The translations under genes and the position numbers were made by a program. From Styela clava (Eukaryota): a stretch of DNA of 64,000 bases. The notes under the pieces were generated by a model. That model had not been told where the DNA came from and searched no databases. It saw nothing but the letters and a program-made list of their open reading frames with translations. Shown here piece after piece: positions 25,765-38,617 of the stretch (position 1 is the stretch's first letter; every line of letters begins with the position of its first letter). The stretch lies in the NCBI RefSeq assembly GCF_964204865.1, contig NC_135259.1, positions 8,618,001 to 8,682,000 of the forward strand, read 5' to 3'.

Positions 25765-27635
25765 GTTATAATAGATTCGTTTTTGTTTTGTATATATAAT
25801 TATCATATTCGTTTTTCGATGCTACAAATCTGGCCTACCAGGAGTCTATATCCCCATTCAACGATAAAGATCTTACGCTTGATGTCGGCTTAAGCTAAGC
25901 CTGTTGGAGCGAGAACTAATATTTTTTGTAGCATGGACCACATGGCGAAGACGCCTAACTATATCGATGACCATTATATACTGCCCTAACGGGAGCTAAA
26001 TCCAATGGAATATTTGGGAAGGTATTTTTCAATTCATAAATTAACTCAACAAATACTTGTATGTTACAAACAAAAATCCGTTGCGGCGCCAAAGCTGCAA
26101 TATACGTCACGATGCGTGACGTTATAATACAGGTTACTTCCTAGTCGGTAAAGTAGCCATTGGGTAATTTGCAATTCTAAAACTGGAATATACTTTTACG
26201 TCTGAGATTGTGAATCTATCAATTCTTAGCTTGTTTTAAAATATTTCAAATTTATATCGAAATTTTGATTGAAACTACATTTAGCAATAAAGCTATGAAA
26301 GTATCATTTTCATTTAGTCTCAATCTGGCCTCGCTCTTTCTGTTTCCTTCTATCAATATGTATTACCGTATATATATTTTTTTTCTATTGCGTTGAAACT
26401 TCACATCGAGTTTAAAAATCTGAAAGTGCTCAATAAAAAGACAAATGACTATTCTATTCATTGGTTAAAAAGTTATTTTAAATTGTTGTGAAAAACTTGG
26501 CTATACCAAGAAACTAAATTGCAAATAAAAATAACATAATAGCAAATTAGTTTCCATAAATTTGATAAAGTCAGTATGTTTGGATATCGGTTTGTTCAAC
26601 ATCTAAATGACCATGAATTTCACATCATAAATTTCATATTTACTTTTCATAGGCTGATTTAGTAACAGTTTTGTTATGTTGATATTATATTAGTAATTTT
26701 AAAAGTAAGTTTTGAATTTCTAATTTCAAAAACCTAACAGTAGAAATCCATAGAAATAGAAGTACCAGTTTAATATATCGTTCTAATGTTCACTTTCTTT
26801 ACCGTCATTTCATTGGATACAGAAATACAATTAGTTGTAACCAGGAACATATCCTAGCCTAGAGATAGATGTGAGAAATGCAATCAATGCCTTCGGATAC
26901 CAACTATCACATTTTAGTCCCTATTATTTTACTTGAACAACTCTTACTATCCCCATAATATCTTTTGATTCATTTCCAATATTAAACATAAATTACAATG
27001 CTATGAGGCAATAGCAATTTAAAGCGTCAAGTTAGGTTTATATAAATAAAAGAAATCTAAATATTCAGTAACAGAAAAAATTATAAAAAGTAATTTTTAG
27101 ACGAAGCTACGAATAAATATGTTCCTGCAATGTTCAGGCTTGAATTTCGCGGCTTCAATCCCTCACTCTCTACCTGTCAGCTTACAAATTGTAGATAGAG
27201 GATATATCGGTGATGTCAATATTAAATAATATGAGAACCCAGACGTCTTACTGTGAGTATAAGAAAAATTTATTAAAATTTGTTTGATAATAAAATTACT
27301 AGAAATCAGCACCATGTGACCGGGTATGATGGTATAATGACCAATGGAAAATAGGTTAATAATGGACCAAAACCAATATATTATTGAGGCACTGCAAATA
27401 CGTAAATCTGTCAACATAGCACATGGAGAAACCAGTGGTTTATTAGACGCAATTTTAGGGTTTCAGTTCACTTGGCAATTCGAAGGACACCTTTAAGCTT
27501 CATTTCTCGTCGTCACAACGTTCACAGTTATGGCAGAATAAACCATGGTTGGTGGCTCAAACGCTATACTGTGCGTGCGAAGAAACGTTTCCTATCTCTT
27601 TTTATATAGGCTGGTAAAATGGACTGAACAATATT

Positions 27636-29171
27636 TCAGTATATTGCTACTCTACCAACAAAATCACGTGGATTTTCTAATTTCGTAGGGAAAGGATGGT
27701 CTTCACCAAATATATGGAGCGAGTGAGAATCGTGAGCCCATACAGATTCATTGGCAATTTTCCAAATTATTTCATTCAAAAACTTCATATCTTGCATATA
27801 TTTATTAGTCATAAACCTCGCGTCCAATAACTCCTTCATATTTGGAATTGCATTATACCGCGCACCCCACATACCGCCATTCATAGGTTGTCGGGCATGA
27901 TTCTTGTGATCTCTCATCGTGTGAAACATTCTTCCTGATGCAACCCATTCGTCCACGGCAGCTTTACCTCGCTTCAGTAACCAAGAGTCAATATCTCTCA
28001 CTGCAAACATTTTAACGGGCTCTGATGCGACTAAAAAACGCCAAGACATTTTAGTTATAATATTCGTTCCTGTCATATCAATGAATCTCACATCAAACTC
28101 GCACATTTTTGCCATGATTTCATCGGGAACTGAATAATCAGTATATATCCATATTTTCCAACCTGGGTATATGCTGAATGCACGTGCAGCGTTTTCTTGG
28201 GCAGTTTTAGTGTATCGCCAATGACTACCATAAAATGAGTAGGATATAACAGGACGAACCCAAAACCGCTTTTCCTTATTAATTTTTTTGATTGAGTAGT
28301 TTGGTATATAAGATTCCTCAGAATTTGTGCACCGGTCAAAATAAAATTCAATTCCATCTTTTATCCAATCAGGAAATTCACATCTAGAGAATCGATAAGC
28401 AACTTCATTTTCACCGCAGTGATTTTCAACATTTTGATTTCTTTGTCCGATTTGCATTGTCAAAGATTTTTTGGGATACAGAATGGGAATGTTTCTATTT
28501 TCAAATAATTTTGTCCATTTCATTTCTGGCAACTCTGCACTTCGTTTTTTCATCAAATCTGAAACAATACTTTTCAACAAGACAACTCCAAATTTTGATG
28601 TTGATTCTCCAATACATAGAGAACCATTTAGGTTTTCACAATCGTATGAATAATTGTGCATATTAGCAGAATGATACAAAGATAGAAATCCATTGGTTTG
28701 GTTAATGTTTCTTGATATAAAACTTATACAATTCTTTGAAAATATGGTTTCACCACTGATGATAAAAATAATTTTGTATGCTGACTTTAAGAAATATTCA
28801 AAAAGTTCGAGCGGTGACGTAGAATCACGATCCGAATTGAAAACTGTTATGTCTTTTCCGTACCAATCTTGCAGCGTGTTTTTATCTAATTTTGATGGCG
28901 AAGAAATATGAATATCATGCGATGGTATATTATGATATTGACGCACAACAGACGAAGTAAATTCCACAATTCCAGTCTTGTTTTGCACAATAATTCCAAT
29001 CATAATATCTGATTTTGGACCAATTTGTATAGCTTGCGATAAGATCGTTTTTTGGGAAATTTTTGTGATAGATGCTATGCTGTATCGTTGTGTTTCGTAC
29101 ACTGACCATCCAATATAACATATTGTCAATAAAATAATGCCCGATATAACTGCGACTCTAGTCCGAGTCAT
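27636..29171 (-). CDS. Intronless type II membrane two-domain putative glycosyltransferase, copy 2 (511 aa, intact)
   Basis: Complete ATG-to-TGA ORF with a short basic N-terminus, TM (VAVISGIILLTICYIGWSVY), stem, degenerate GT2-like domain, and a C-terminal domain with RDID (DxD), MRDH..H and GGMWG motifs. Confidence 0.88.
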   Translation of the reverse strand: MTRTRVAVISGIILLTICYIGWSVYETQRYSIASITKISQKTILSQAIQIGPKSDIMIGIIVQNKTGIVEFTSSVVRQYHNIPSHDIHISSPSKLDKNTLQDWYGKDITVFNSDRDSTSPLELFEYFLKSAYKIIFIISGETIFSKNCISFISRNINQTNGFLSLYHSANMHNYSYDCENLNGSLCIGESTSKFGVVLLKSIVSDLMKKRSAELPEMKWTKLFENRNIPILYPKKSLTMQIGQRNQNVENHCGENEVAYRFSRCEFPDWIKDGIEFYFDRCTNSEESYIPNYSIKKINKEKRFWVRPVISYSFYGSHWRYTKTAQENAARAFSIYPGWKIWIYTDYSVPDEIMAKMCEFDVRFIDMTGTNIITKMSWRFLVASEPVKMFAVRDIDSWLLKRGKAAVDEWVASGRMFHTMRDHKNHARQPMNGGMWGARYNAIPNMKELLDARFMTNKYMQDMKFLNEIIWKIANESVWAHDSHSLHIFGEDHPFPTKLENPRDFVGRVAIY

Positions 29172-30699
29172 ATTAACTTGAATGTTTCATGGAACTGTAA
29201 TAAACAAATTAACAAATTATATTAAATCGTTTAGAATCTCGCTAAGTAAATTTGTAATTGGAAATCAGCAAGAAAAAATTTCTGTTACGGGTTATGCAAT
29301 AAACCAGGGGCGTGCAACCTTTAATGCAGGAGGGCCAGATACAAATACCTGGGTAAAACAGCTGAATGCATTTTTATTTAACATAGGCTTTCTAGTAGTT
29401 GCAGGCACAAAACTTTTAACATACGTTGTTCGCTTTGCACAAACTAGCATTGTAACGTCATAGGCATAGATAATAAATTGGACTCAGGTATCGGCATTCA
29501 ACGCAAGTTACGCAGTCACTCACACGTACCAGAATAAACTGAATTGAAGACTGGTTTCGCGAGTCGTACAAGATCAATACTTAGCTACAAATGCGGTATC
29601 TAGTATGACATTTCACGGTTCTAAATCGCATAATATCTTTAAGCTTTAGAAAGTATGCAAGATATATAGTTGTAAATATATATTACAATCTGATCGAAAT
29701 CCTGAAATCAAGCCGCTTTTCATTTTCAGGTAAAATCTTTAAAATTATTAGATCAAAAGTTTGTTTTCGAACTGAGTAGCCTACTTTAAAACTATGGAAC
29801 TACATTTTGCAATAAAAATGTCTTTATGTCTATGCTAACTGACTGTATCCGGTTTCCTCCTTTCATCAAGAAATTGTTTTTGCTCTTTTTGAATTAATTC
29901 ATACCATAAAGATTTTTTATAGCAATAACTATGATATGCACAGATGTATGCCATCGTCAAAGCCAAATTTGTACATTATGTCACAGAAACTCATGCGTCT
30001 TTTTATTTTGATTCAGAAAAGAAACAATAACCGATGTAAATTATAACAATTAAATGATAAAAAACTGTCAAATTTAACTACAATTTTGGTAAAAAGAAAT
30101 ACGTAACCTGTACAATTATCATTAAGAAACATTTCCCACGTATACCTGATATTGCGTACTAAAATACAAATAGAGTAAACCGTTTCAAAACCCGATCCCT
30201 GATATTACACAATATCCTTCAACGAAAAATTAAAGTAATAGTCACCTACACTTCCTTCCTATACATAGGTCTGAATTGTTGTGATATGTCATAGAAATAG
30301 TCTATTGATAGGCATTGCTATATTTATGTGACAAAAGTAATATTTTGTCAGTGAGGCCTGCCTATGAATAAAAAATGTAAAACGTAAAAATGAATGAAAA
30401 TTTGAACGGTAAACAAAGATTTTTATTTCATTTCATTTTAAATTTGTAGTTTATTTTTTGTCACTTTGATTCGTCTTTCTCCTTCCAATATATTGATTAT
30501 TTTTATTACCAGACCGTTTAAACGCCGAATTGACGCAAAAAATACAACCGGAAAGACACTAAACTAGCGATAGCGAATTCCTTCAAAACACCTTGCCAAG
30601 TAGCTTACCTATATTATCCAAGCAGCAAATAATAAATATTCTCAAACCATAAATGTTACATGACTGCTCAAACTTCAGTATCTAATTTACAATTTTCTC

Positions 30700-31122
30700 C
30701 GGCTTCGATTCTTCGTTCGTTTGGAATTAGAAAAAAATGGGCATTGTGATGCCACTGCTACCGTTGCGAATACAATTCATTCACTACACTAACTTTCACA
30801 TACTGCAGTTTCTCAGGCTAGACACGATACTCGGCAAGTTCCTTTCTGAGCCTTTGCAGCGGCCAAACTTTCATTTGTTACGTGATAATATATCCGACGT
30901 GCACAGACTCAATTACTGTACTATACGTGTATATCGTATTTTGCGCAGATACAGTAGGCTACTGTATTCGTCGTCTTTGAAAACACGCAACAGGAGCTGC
31001 ATGAAACTGGTTCAAGGCAATTTTTGAGGTCTGTTTTTAAATTCAGTCAACATCAGACGGGATGGACTACTCAAGACGTGGCGATTGACCGGTCGATCGC
31101 GATCGAAATGTGGCCACCCCTG
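30700..31122 (-). mobile_element. hAT-type MITE left-end fragment (CAGGGGTGGCCA family), inverted
   Basis: Ends GATCGCGATCGAAATGTGGCCACCCCTG at 31122; internal sequence is homologous to 21643-21850. Confidence 0.6.
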
Positions 31123-31149
31123 TTATATCGTATTTCACTGCAAAGTAAT

Positions 31150-33670
31150 AGCTTATTAGCAATAATATTTCTATCATCTCTCCACTGAGGCCTAGAACAA
31201 TCTGTAGACTAACATTGACTAAAAAGTGAACCCATGCGTTGAAATTCAGAAGATTTTAAAACTGGCCATTTAAGATCGCATGGTCCGATGAACATCCACG
31301 TTATTTGTGTCATAAACTGAAATTTTTTGAATTATGTTATCCCGACGATGGACCTATTTTAAAACGACTGTTTTATTCCTGTAATCGTTTTTATCCCAAC
31401 GCCAAAATGGTCATTTTATGATCATGGTTTGCGCATGAGTTGTGCTCGCAAAGCTCATAATATTAGGTTTCACGATCGTGAAGTGGATACGTTTCTTATT
31501 GTTACTCAACTTATGACCACTGGGATAATACTAACGTGACAATATAATTTTTCTACATGAATGTTTTACCTAAATAATTGATATAACCAGTGAATGTAAT
31601 ACAGCGCAAGTTAGGTAATTTTTGTCTTATTATGTCAAAAAATCGATTCTAAATTACTTTGGTAATATGTATCAGATTTTAATGAGAATTATTAAATAAA
31701 ACACTGAGGTTCATCTTCTCACTTTACCACAATAAAAATCCTCTGCTTGCATTTAAACCTTTGTACTCGGCTAGTTGCGACCCTTGAATGGTCTACCATT
31801 GTGTATATTCATGTCCAAAACACATATATATATTTACGATATTATAGTTAATGTTTAATCCGCACTTCGAGTCGCGCACCAAGCCCATCTAATACATTTA
31901 TTGTTGCCAAACAATATATTTTAAAATGTACTGCAAAAAATGATCATTGCACGAAGGCTTGTCTTTAGGCAAAGCAAATCTGTCACAGAGCTTCTTATGC
32001 GATTCATTTTGTTTGTCGTATTATTATTATTTGTCAATATATTACTTATGTGGGTGCGCCAAATACAATCTATTTTAAACTAATAAAATTGCAGTATAAT
32101 GTTTCATTTTGTGTATAGGGGAAATGTTCGTGAGTGGTGCCATGACCCCACTACTAACGAACACAGACGGCAACTTCGAACACAGACTAAAAAACTGTTG
32201 TGAACAGCTCATTCCATAGATTACGCAAATCGGACCGTTTTATCTTCCAAATGACGATAATGCGACACATCATGTACAATTTTATGGCTTTTAAACGATT
32301 GACTGCCAATTATGCGTTCGAAAACTGCTTCTCTCTGCCTAGCATAGCCCATATGCCGACTATATAGGCGAGTGCAATTTACCCGCCCCGTAGTTGAACG
32401 TAATAGTTGATTACAATATTGAAGGAGGACTCTTTTCCGTGAGCCACGAGTATTTGTATTTCACTTGGTTTTCCAATGATGATGCAATAGATAGATGATT
32501 GTGTCGACTCGAGTGAATAAAGTACATGTTTTAGAGACGTTCGCCAAACAATATAGGCGCTATTAATGCTGCTGCTTGGTGTAGGAAATCTAGGGATTTG
32601 TTCAAAGACAATTGTTTTAAAACAATTGTTTTAAATCAAGTTTTTTTTGCCTGTTTTGTTTAAAATGGCTGTACTATTTGATTTTTTGTATTGAATAGGT
32701 TGAAGAAAAATGGATGTAAAAACTTGCCAAGCGCTTCTTATTTGCAATAAATCCCTCAAAACGCCACAAATATCGATAGAGGCTCACGCACACCTTCTCA
32801 AGCTGTAGTTCAGTGGTTGGCGCAGTAAAACGCAACCGCAACGCATTACGTGAACGACCCTGCTGCGACGAAACCACCTTGCGAAAATTGAAATGCGATC
32901 GAATAAATGAGTTTGTATAATCTTGAAAAACCTCTTCACTTCAACCTTTATAACAAAGTATGCTAAGCATAAATTAACCGAACAGTATTAACCGTAAAAA
33001 TGCCTTAATTTTATGAGAAAAATGTCAATACATGAACTCGAAATCCATAATATGGCGTCATAACAGATTATAGTTGTGGCGTCTTTGCATCACCTGACTC
33101 TTATAATTAGCAAACGCTAGACTAGGGTGTCTCATCGTTTATATCAGTAGATTGCCACCGATGTAAGCATATTCTTCATTATAGCAACCCATTCGTTTTG
33201 CAGAAGGCTGCCCTCGATCGAATTGCTTTTGTACTAGGCTCGTGAGCTGAGTTTCATGATTTTTCTTACTTGAAACATCTCTCTGATTACTCGGATAAAC
33301 AATCCGGTAAAATCTTATCACTTGGTAGGTACAAACTTGGCGATAAATGTACGCAATAGAAGTAAAGGTCAAAATAGGAATTTTTACTTCCATTTTTAAA
33401 TTATAATTACGGCTGCGTGTGCAGTTGCCAGAACGTTTCGGCGTAGTTTCACAGCGTTGCAAGGCGTATTTCATAAAAAAATACAGGAAAAAAATGATTT
33501 AAAACAAGCCATTTGTTTTAAAACACGATGTTTTTCTTTAAATTGATAAAAAACAAAACCCTAACTGGAAATCGACTTGCGTATATATATTATATGCTGG
33601 GCAAATGTATTTGGTATAATATTAATGTGATTTCCTGCGTAGCTTGCTTTATCGATAAACACATTCTGCA
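31150..33670 (+). repeat. Local non-coding duplication, copy A (homologous to 39200-40890)
   Basis: Collinear high-identity blocks, e.g. TTGACTAAAAAGTGAACCCATGCGTTGAA.TTCAGAAGATTTTAAAACTGGCCATTTAA, GTACTCGGCTAGTTGCGAC, CCGTGAGCCACGAGTATTTGTATT and CTGCGTAGCTTGCTTT.TCGATAAACACATT. Confidence 0.88.
32591..33564. mobile_element. TIR element inserted in duplication copy A only
   Basis: TAGGGATTTGTT ... AACAAAACCCTA inverted ends with TGTTTTAAAAC subterminal repeats. Absent at the homologous site in copy B (~40805). GGAAATC is repeated on both sides (32584-32590, 33567-33573). Confidence 0.7.
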
Positions 33671-34350
33671 CATTCGAATGGTAAACTAAGTTTTTATTTC
33701 ATTTCAATTTTGCAGTTTATTTTTTGTCACTTTGACTCATCTTTCTGGATCCGGCCCGCGTAGTAATATAATCCGGCCCGCGACGCTTCACTGAATTATA
33801 GTAATAAAAGAGCTGTTTTGACGATTATATTCTTCACGTAACAGAATTTATTGTGAGACACGTGTAGACTAAATCATATTATAATCTAACAAGTATAAAA
33901 TTCACCATTACTCGTTTAATGAGCCTATAATTTAAATATAATTAGACAAATGGCAACAAAACGCAGAAAAGTTGATGCTAAGTGCAAAGGGTTCAATGGC
34001 GCCGAAATTATTCAAATGTCAAAATATTCAAAATTTTTGGGGATGCAATGCAATGGGGAAATAAGTCTATATTTTTTCCGAGAGATGTATCACTGCTTGA
34101 TTTCCATTATAAAAAGTATCATTCGTTCGGTTTTTGACTTTGTGCAAAAATTTGTGCGGCCCGCCAATGACTTATTGCAACCCGTAATTTTGGCCCGCGA
34201 GCGACAAAAGGTTGCCGACCCCTGCCTTAGTTGATTGGGATGCAGTTTAGTGAAATTTGACCATTTCAATATGACTTTACACTTTCACTTCTATCATATA
34301 TCCACTCATACCTGAAGACTACAAACTGTTTGATTCAACAATTTAGCGAT

Positions 34351-35160
34351 TCGTCACGCTAATAACCGAATTGTGTTTATTTTTGGCGATTTTGAGTTTT
34401 TATAAAATAGGTATTTATGTAATGCTGCGCACCTGTCTGTTAACTCAGATTTTATTTTAAGAATTCCGAATCCCATAAAAATGAAGATTTAGTATGACAT
34501 GCACATTTGTGCAATTGTTTCGTCATAATGAATTATCATTGGTACCGCAGAACTATTGTGACGTCACAAGGGCAAAATAACCTCGGCGAAAGATTTTCGA
34601 GTTTTTGCATCTCGGATTCTAGCTTAGCGCGTATTAATTTGACTTTATACTACAGTATAGGAAGACGTACACTTGTGATATTCACTGTCCGAGTCCAATT
34701 CACCTTGGTTGGCTTTTATATTGGGTGCATTGCTGTTTTATTCTTTATATTTAATCTTAGTCTTATTTCGGTGGGTGTGCAAAACGTGTTATATTGATGA
34801 AATATATATTTTTAAACATAAAAAATAATGAAATTGAAACTGATTAGCTATTTTGGGAATTAGACATTGTAAATACTGAGAATTAAATTCGTTTTTGGAA
34901 TGTTTAGTTTTCAGGACTAGGGCATATAGTAAAGTTGCAAAATTGCGTATGTCCCCAAGTCATAGACACATTTCTGTCTAAGTCACAGTGCGCCATTATG
35001 ACGTCACTTAACTGCGTAATACAAATTAACTTAAATCCGACTACGATGAAAAAATTGAACCATGGCGATTATTGACTCTCAATGGCATAACAATATCATT
35101 AGGAAGTTTTTCTCAAAACTGCTAAAAATGACTTACGCAATTCGGTTATTAGCGTGACGG
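34351..35160. mobile_element. MITE with 22-bp perfect TIR core, ~810 bp
   Basis: CGTCACGCTAATAACCGAATTG at ~34352 and CAATTCGGTTATTAGCGTGACG ending ~35159; superfamily not assignable. Confidence 0.75.
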
Positions 35161-35535
35161 ATTACTCATCCGGACTATTCATTTATCTATAATAGGTGGA
35201 ATTCCTTGGTAAGAAGCCAGACGAAAAATGTGCTAGTCTTTGTCGTTTACCACTTATATAACGAGGTGTATTACAAATTACTTGTCCAGTACAAGTACTT
35301 CAATTCTGTTGGAAACATTTCATTGAATATTTTCGAAGTTAAGATTACCACATATGACCCTTTTGTACTACAAATTACAACCTCATCTATTTTTTTGTAT
35401 TTGTAGATTGTAATCACTGTATACCAATGATGTACTCTGTATTACCACTAGATCACAATTTGGTTGGAAGCTTTAATTACGCAAACAATAGCAGATACTC
35501 TTGCTACTGGATTTTCAATCTACAATTCCCCAAAG

Positions 35536-38500
35536 AACAAGAGAGCAATGCTCAAATATATGGACACGCAGAACAATTCCCCTAAAATCATATGCGGTGA
35601 CTTACCAGTACCTGTATAAACAAAGCACCACATCACAGCAATCAAACAGACAAAATCACGGTGGTCGCAAATTGGTTGACAAAGATATTATCGACGTATT
35701 GGAAATGCGCACCCCCCTATTCCCCCTCGTTTAAATGTAAAAACGCGAAACCTTCAAGTTTCATTACTTAATCTCTTATATTTGTATGGATTTTCAAGCT
35801 TTTGACAGCTACGAGTTAGTTCAGTGTCATCGCGCTGTGTTACGGTACCAGAACTTCTCTATCTTTAAAAATATGGGCTTCTAATTGCATTTCTGACCGT
35901 CATATAGTTTAAGAACACGGTTATTTCGAACATAACTCGTCAAATTATAAACAAATCACCACATCACAGCAATCAAACCGTAAATATATACGATCAAACA
36001 GACAAAAACACGGTGGTCGCAAATTGGTTGACAAAGATATTATCGACGTATTGGAAATGCGCACCCCCCTATTCCCCCTCCTACCTGTAAGCTGTAATGC
36101 CAGACGCTTTTTCTTTGCAAAACTAACTTATTCGATTTATCACGGTATTATAACAGCAGTTACCACAGTCCACAAATATATTCACACCAAGCGAAGCATT
36201 TCGACCATAGTCTACAAATATATTCACACCAAGCGAAGCAGTACAGTAGGCCAGTACGGGTAGGCCAGTACCGGTCCCGGTACGGTTTATCGTACCTTTA
36301 GACCAGGGGTTCTCAAACTTTTGGTCTTGCGGAGCCCGTGAAGAGGTTGACTAATATTCACGGAGCCCCAAAATGAATTTTAAAATTGTTACTTTCGGAT
36401 TAATATTCCTGAGTAAGTTAAAGGTACTTTACGAATCTAAAAGCTAAACATTTTTAATGGGGTTAATACAAGCCATAAATATATCTAAATTTCAAAGATA
36501 AATTATATATATAAAGGCTGTGAATTTGACACTTGACAAACGTATTAATAAATTAGGGGTCGAATCTTGTCCCTTTTGATATTTTTGAAAGACTTAAAAG
36601 GTCGCTAATAACGTGCGCGATTGCATTTTGTTACAATCGCCGATTGTTTTCGTCAGCGTGGCGTGTTTTTTAAAAACCTTAACATCTTTACGTCGGTGTT
36701 TATTCTCCCTGAATCAAAAATTTCCTACGGCATATACATGTATTGTTCTACAATGACGACGATAATTGCTCTTTTGTTCTCGTGGGGAATTATGAGTTCA
36801 ATGTGAAAGCATCGTCACCATATTATAGTCATTGCTTGATCGGCGACGAGAGGCTAAAATATTTAATAAAGAGGTAAATCCGCAACTCAAATTCTTCGAT
36901 TGAAAAGCGGCATTATGAATGATTAAAACTAAAACTTAAACGGAGGATAACATTAAGTTTTGTTTCAACCGACTCACGACAGATTAAAGCTTTTTGAGAC
37001 ATTGTGAATCCCAAAATTTGGTGTTATGTTAGATTTTCTTTGGTTATTCGTCGTAGTAACTGAAATCGAAACACAGTCAATTATGCGCGCGATGTACCAT
37101 TTATCCATTCTGAGACTACCGACGGAGCCGCATGCAATAACATAAATTTCAATCGTTCGTATTTTGCCCAGACCTTGTGATTTTTTAAACGGCGATATTT
37201 TGCAAAGAATCTGAGTGGCAGACCTGCGCGGTAGGAGTTAGTGTTGCCATAAGGGCTCAAATTTGTCGAATTCGGTAAATCTACCACACTGCCACTCAAT
37301 CAGCCATGATTACGATTATGAATTAATCGGAAAAGGCACAAATATCTTATCAAACCACTGGCACCGGTAGTAGGTATGTTCTTTTGTGGGCAACATGACT
37401 TTGTTTCTAATATATTATGATAACAGCGTTGTTCAGACGGTAGTCCACAAGAACTTCGTTCACTTAACTTTGTTTCTCATTTCATGTCCGCGGATTGCCC
37501 TGGTAATTTGAGAAGTAATGATTTATTACATTGAACACAATTAATTAAAGTCATTGAGTTTTAGCGTCAACCTAGGGCTTTTTGTAGCGCCGATATCTTG
37601 CTCAAAAATAATCTCGAGAGCGAAAGAACAAATCAAGTTTGACAAATCCCAAGATCGCAAAAATACGATTCTAGTTTATTTATTGTTGGCAGTTTATCAC
37701 GTATTTTATATTATTTTAGAATAGTAATCTTTTATTTTAGTAATCCTAATAGTAATCTCGAATCAAACGTGAGTAACGATAAGCACAATTAAATTATTAT
37801 GACAAGACATTTTAAATGTTGCTCGCAGTGGTCATGGATTGAATATTTTACGCAACAGAAATTTCGTTATCCACTGAAAAAAAAAATTTTCAATCGCGAA
37901 GAATGTTGCACGAAAATTTCCGATTCCAATTTTGATCCCCCTCCCTCTTAAGAATCCTGGCTGCGCTCCTTCTTATAAATAATGTCATTTCTGAATTCCG
38001 CCTCTTTGCCATATTTCGAGGTTATACTGTTGTCAAATTTTATTAAACCTGTTATTGCTTCTTTGAACAATTACAAAATTAGCAAAATCAGTATTTTGAA
38101 AAGTAATAGAATAGCACGCGGAGCCCCTAGGTTTCTCCCGCGGAGCCCTGGGGCTCCGTACGGAGCACTTTGAGAACCTATGCTTTAGACCACAGTCTAC
38201 AAATATATTCACACCAAGCGAAGCAGTACAGTACGGTCTACCGTACCTTTAGCATCACCGCCATTCACCGGTAACCTCGAAAAACTTGCGATTTGCAACG
38301 ACTTTCAGAATCCGCCGTCACGCCAACGTTCAATGTCACGTGATCAAAAAATGGAGTGCCTGCATATGCGTACGCAGAACGTTCAGTGACGTCATAGCAA
38401 ACAAAAACAAATCTCACAGAGCTAACAGAAATATTTGAAATAAATAAAAGTAATAGCCTTCTTGAGAAAAATTTCATCTTTAACCACTAAAAATTTCAAA

Positions 38501-38617
38501 GCAATTGGTCCAGTGATCAAAGAGAAAAGCGGTTTTTTAATATTTCCACTAGGTGTCCAAAAAGTGTCAAAGAACAACATAACAACAAAACGATCGTTAT
38601 GTCCACTAAACGTGTCC
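35536..38617 (-). mobile_element. Long HINE-like 'GGACACG' family copy with internal direct repeats and a nested hAT element
   Basis: AACAAGAGAGCAATGCTCAAATATATGGACACG at 35536 and ATGTCCACTAAACGTGTCC ending at 38617. Internal ~90-bp direct repeat (~35640-35730 / ~35993-36080). ACAAATATATTCACACCAAGCGAAGCA units at ~36172, ~36214 and ~38200. Confidence 0.6.
36304..38182 (+). mobile_element. Non-autonomous hAT (Charlie-like) element, 1.88 kb
   Basis: TIRs CAGGGGTTCTCAAA / TTTGAGAACCTATG with GGAGCCC subterminal repeats; perfect 8-bp TSD CTTTAGAC (36296-36303, 38183-38190). Confidence 0.9.

Noticed and set aside
22356-29171. Bacterial contamination or chimeric contig as the source of the intronless GT-like genes
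   Set aside because: They are interleaved with host MITE families, have similar AT content and carry eukaryote-style signal anchors; no operon structure.
36160-38250. CRISPR-like array from repeated ACAAATATATTCACACCAAGCGAAGCA units
   Set aside because: Only three copies, irregular spacing, eukaryotic context, no cas genes; they lie inside a HINE-like element.
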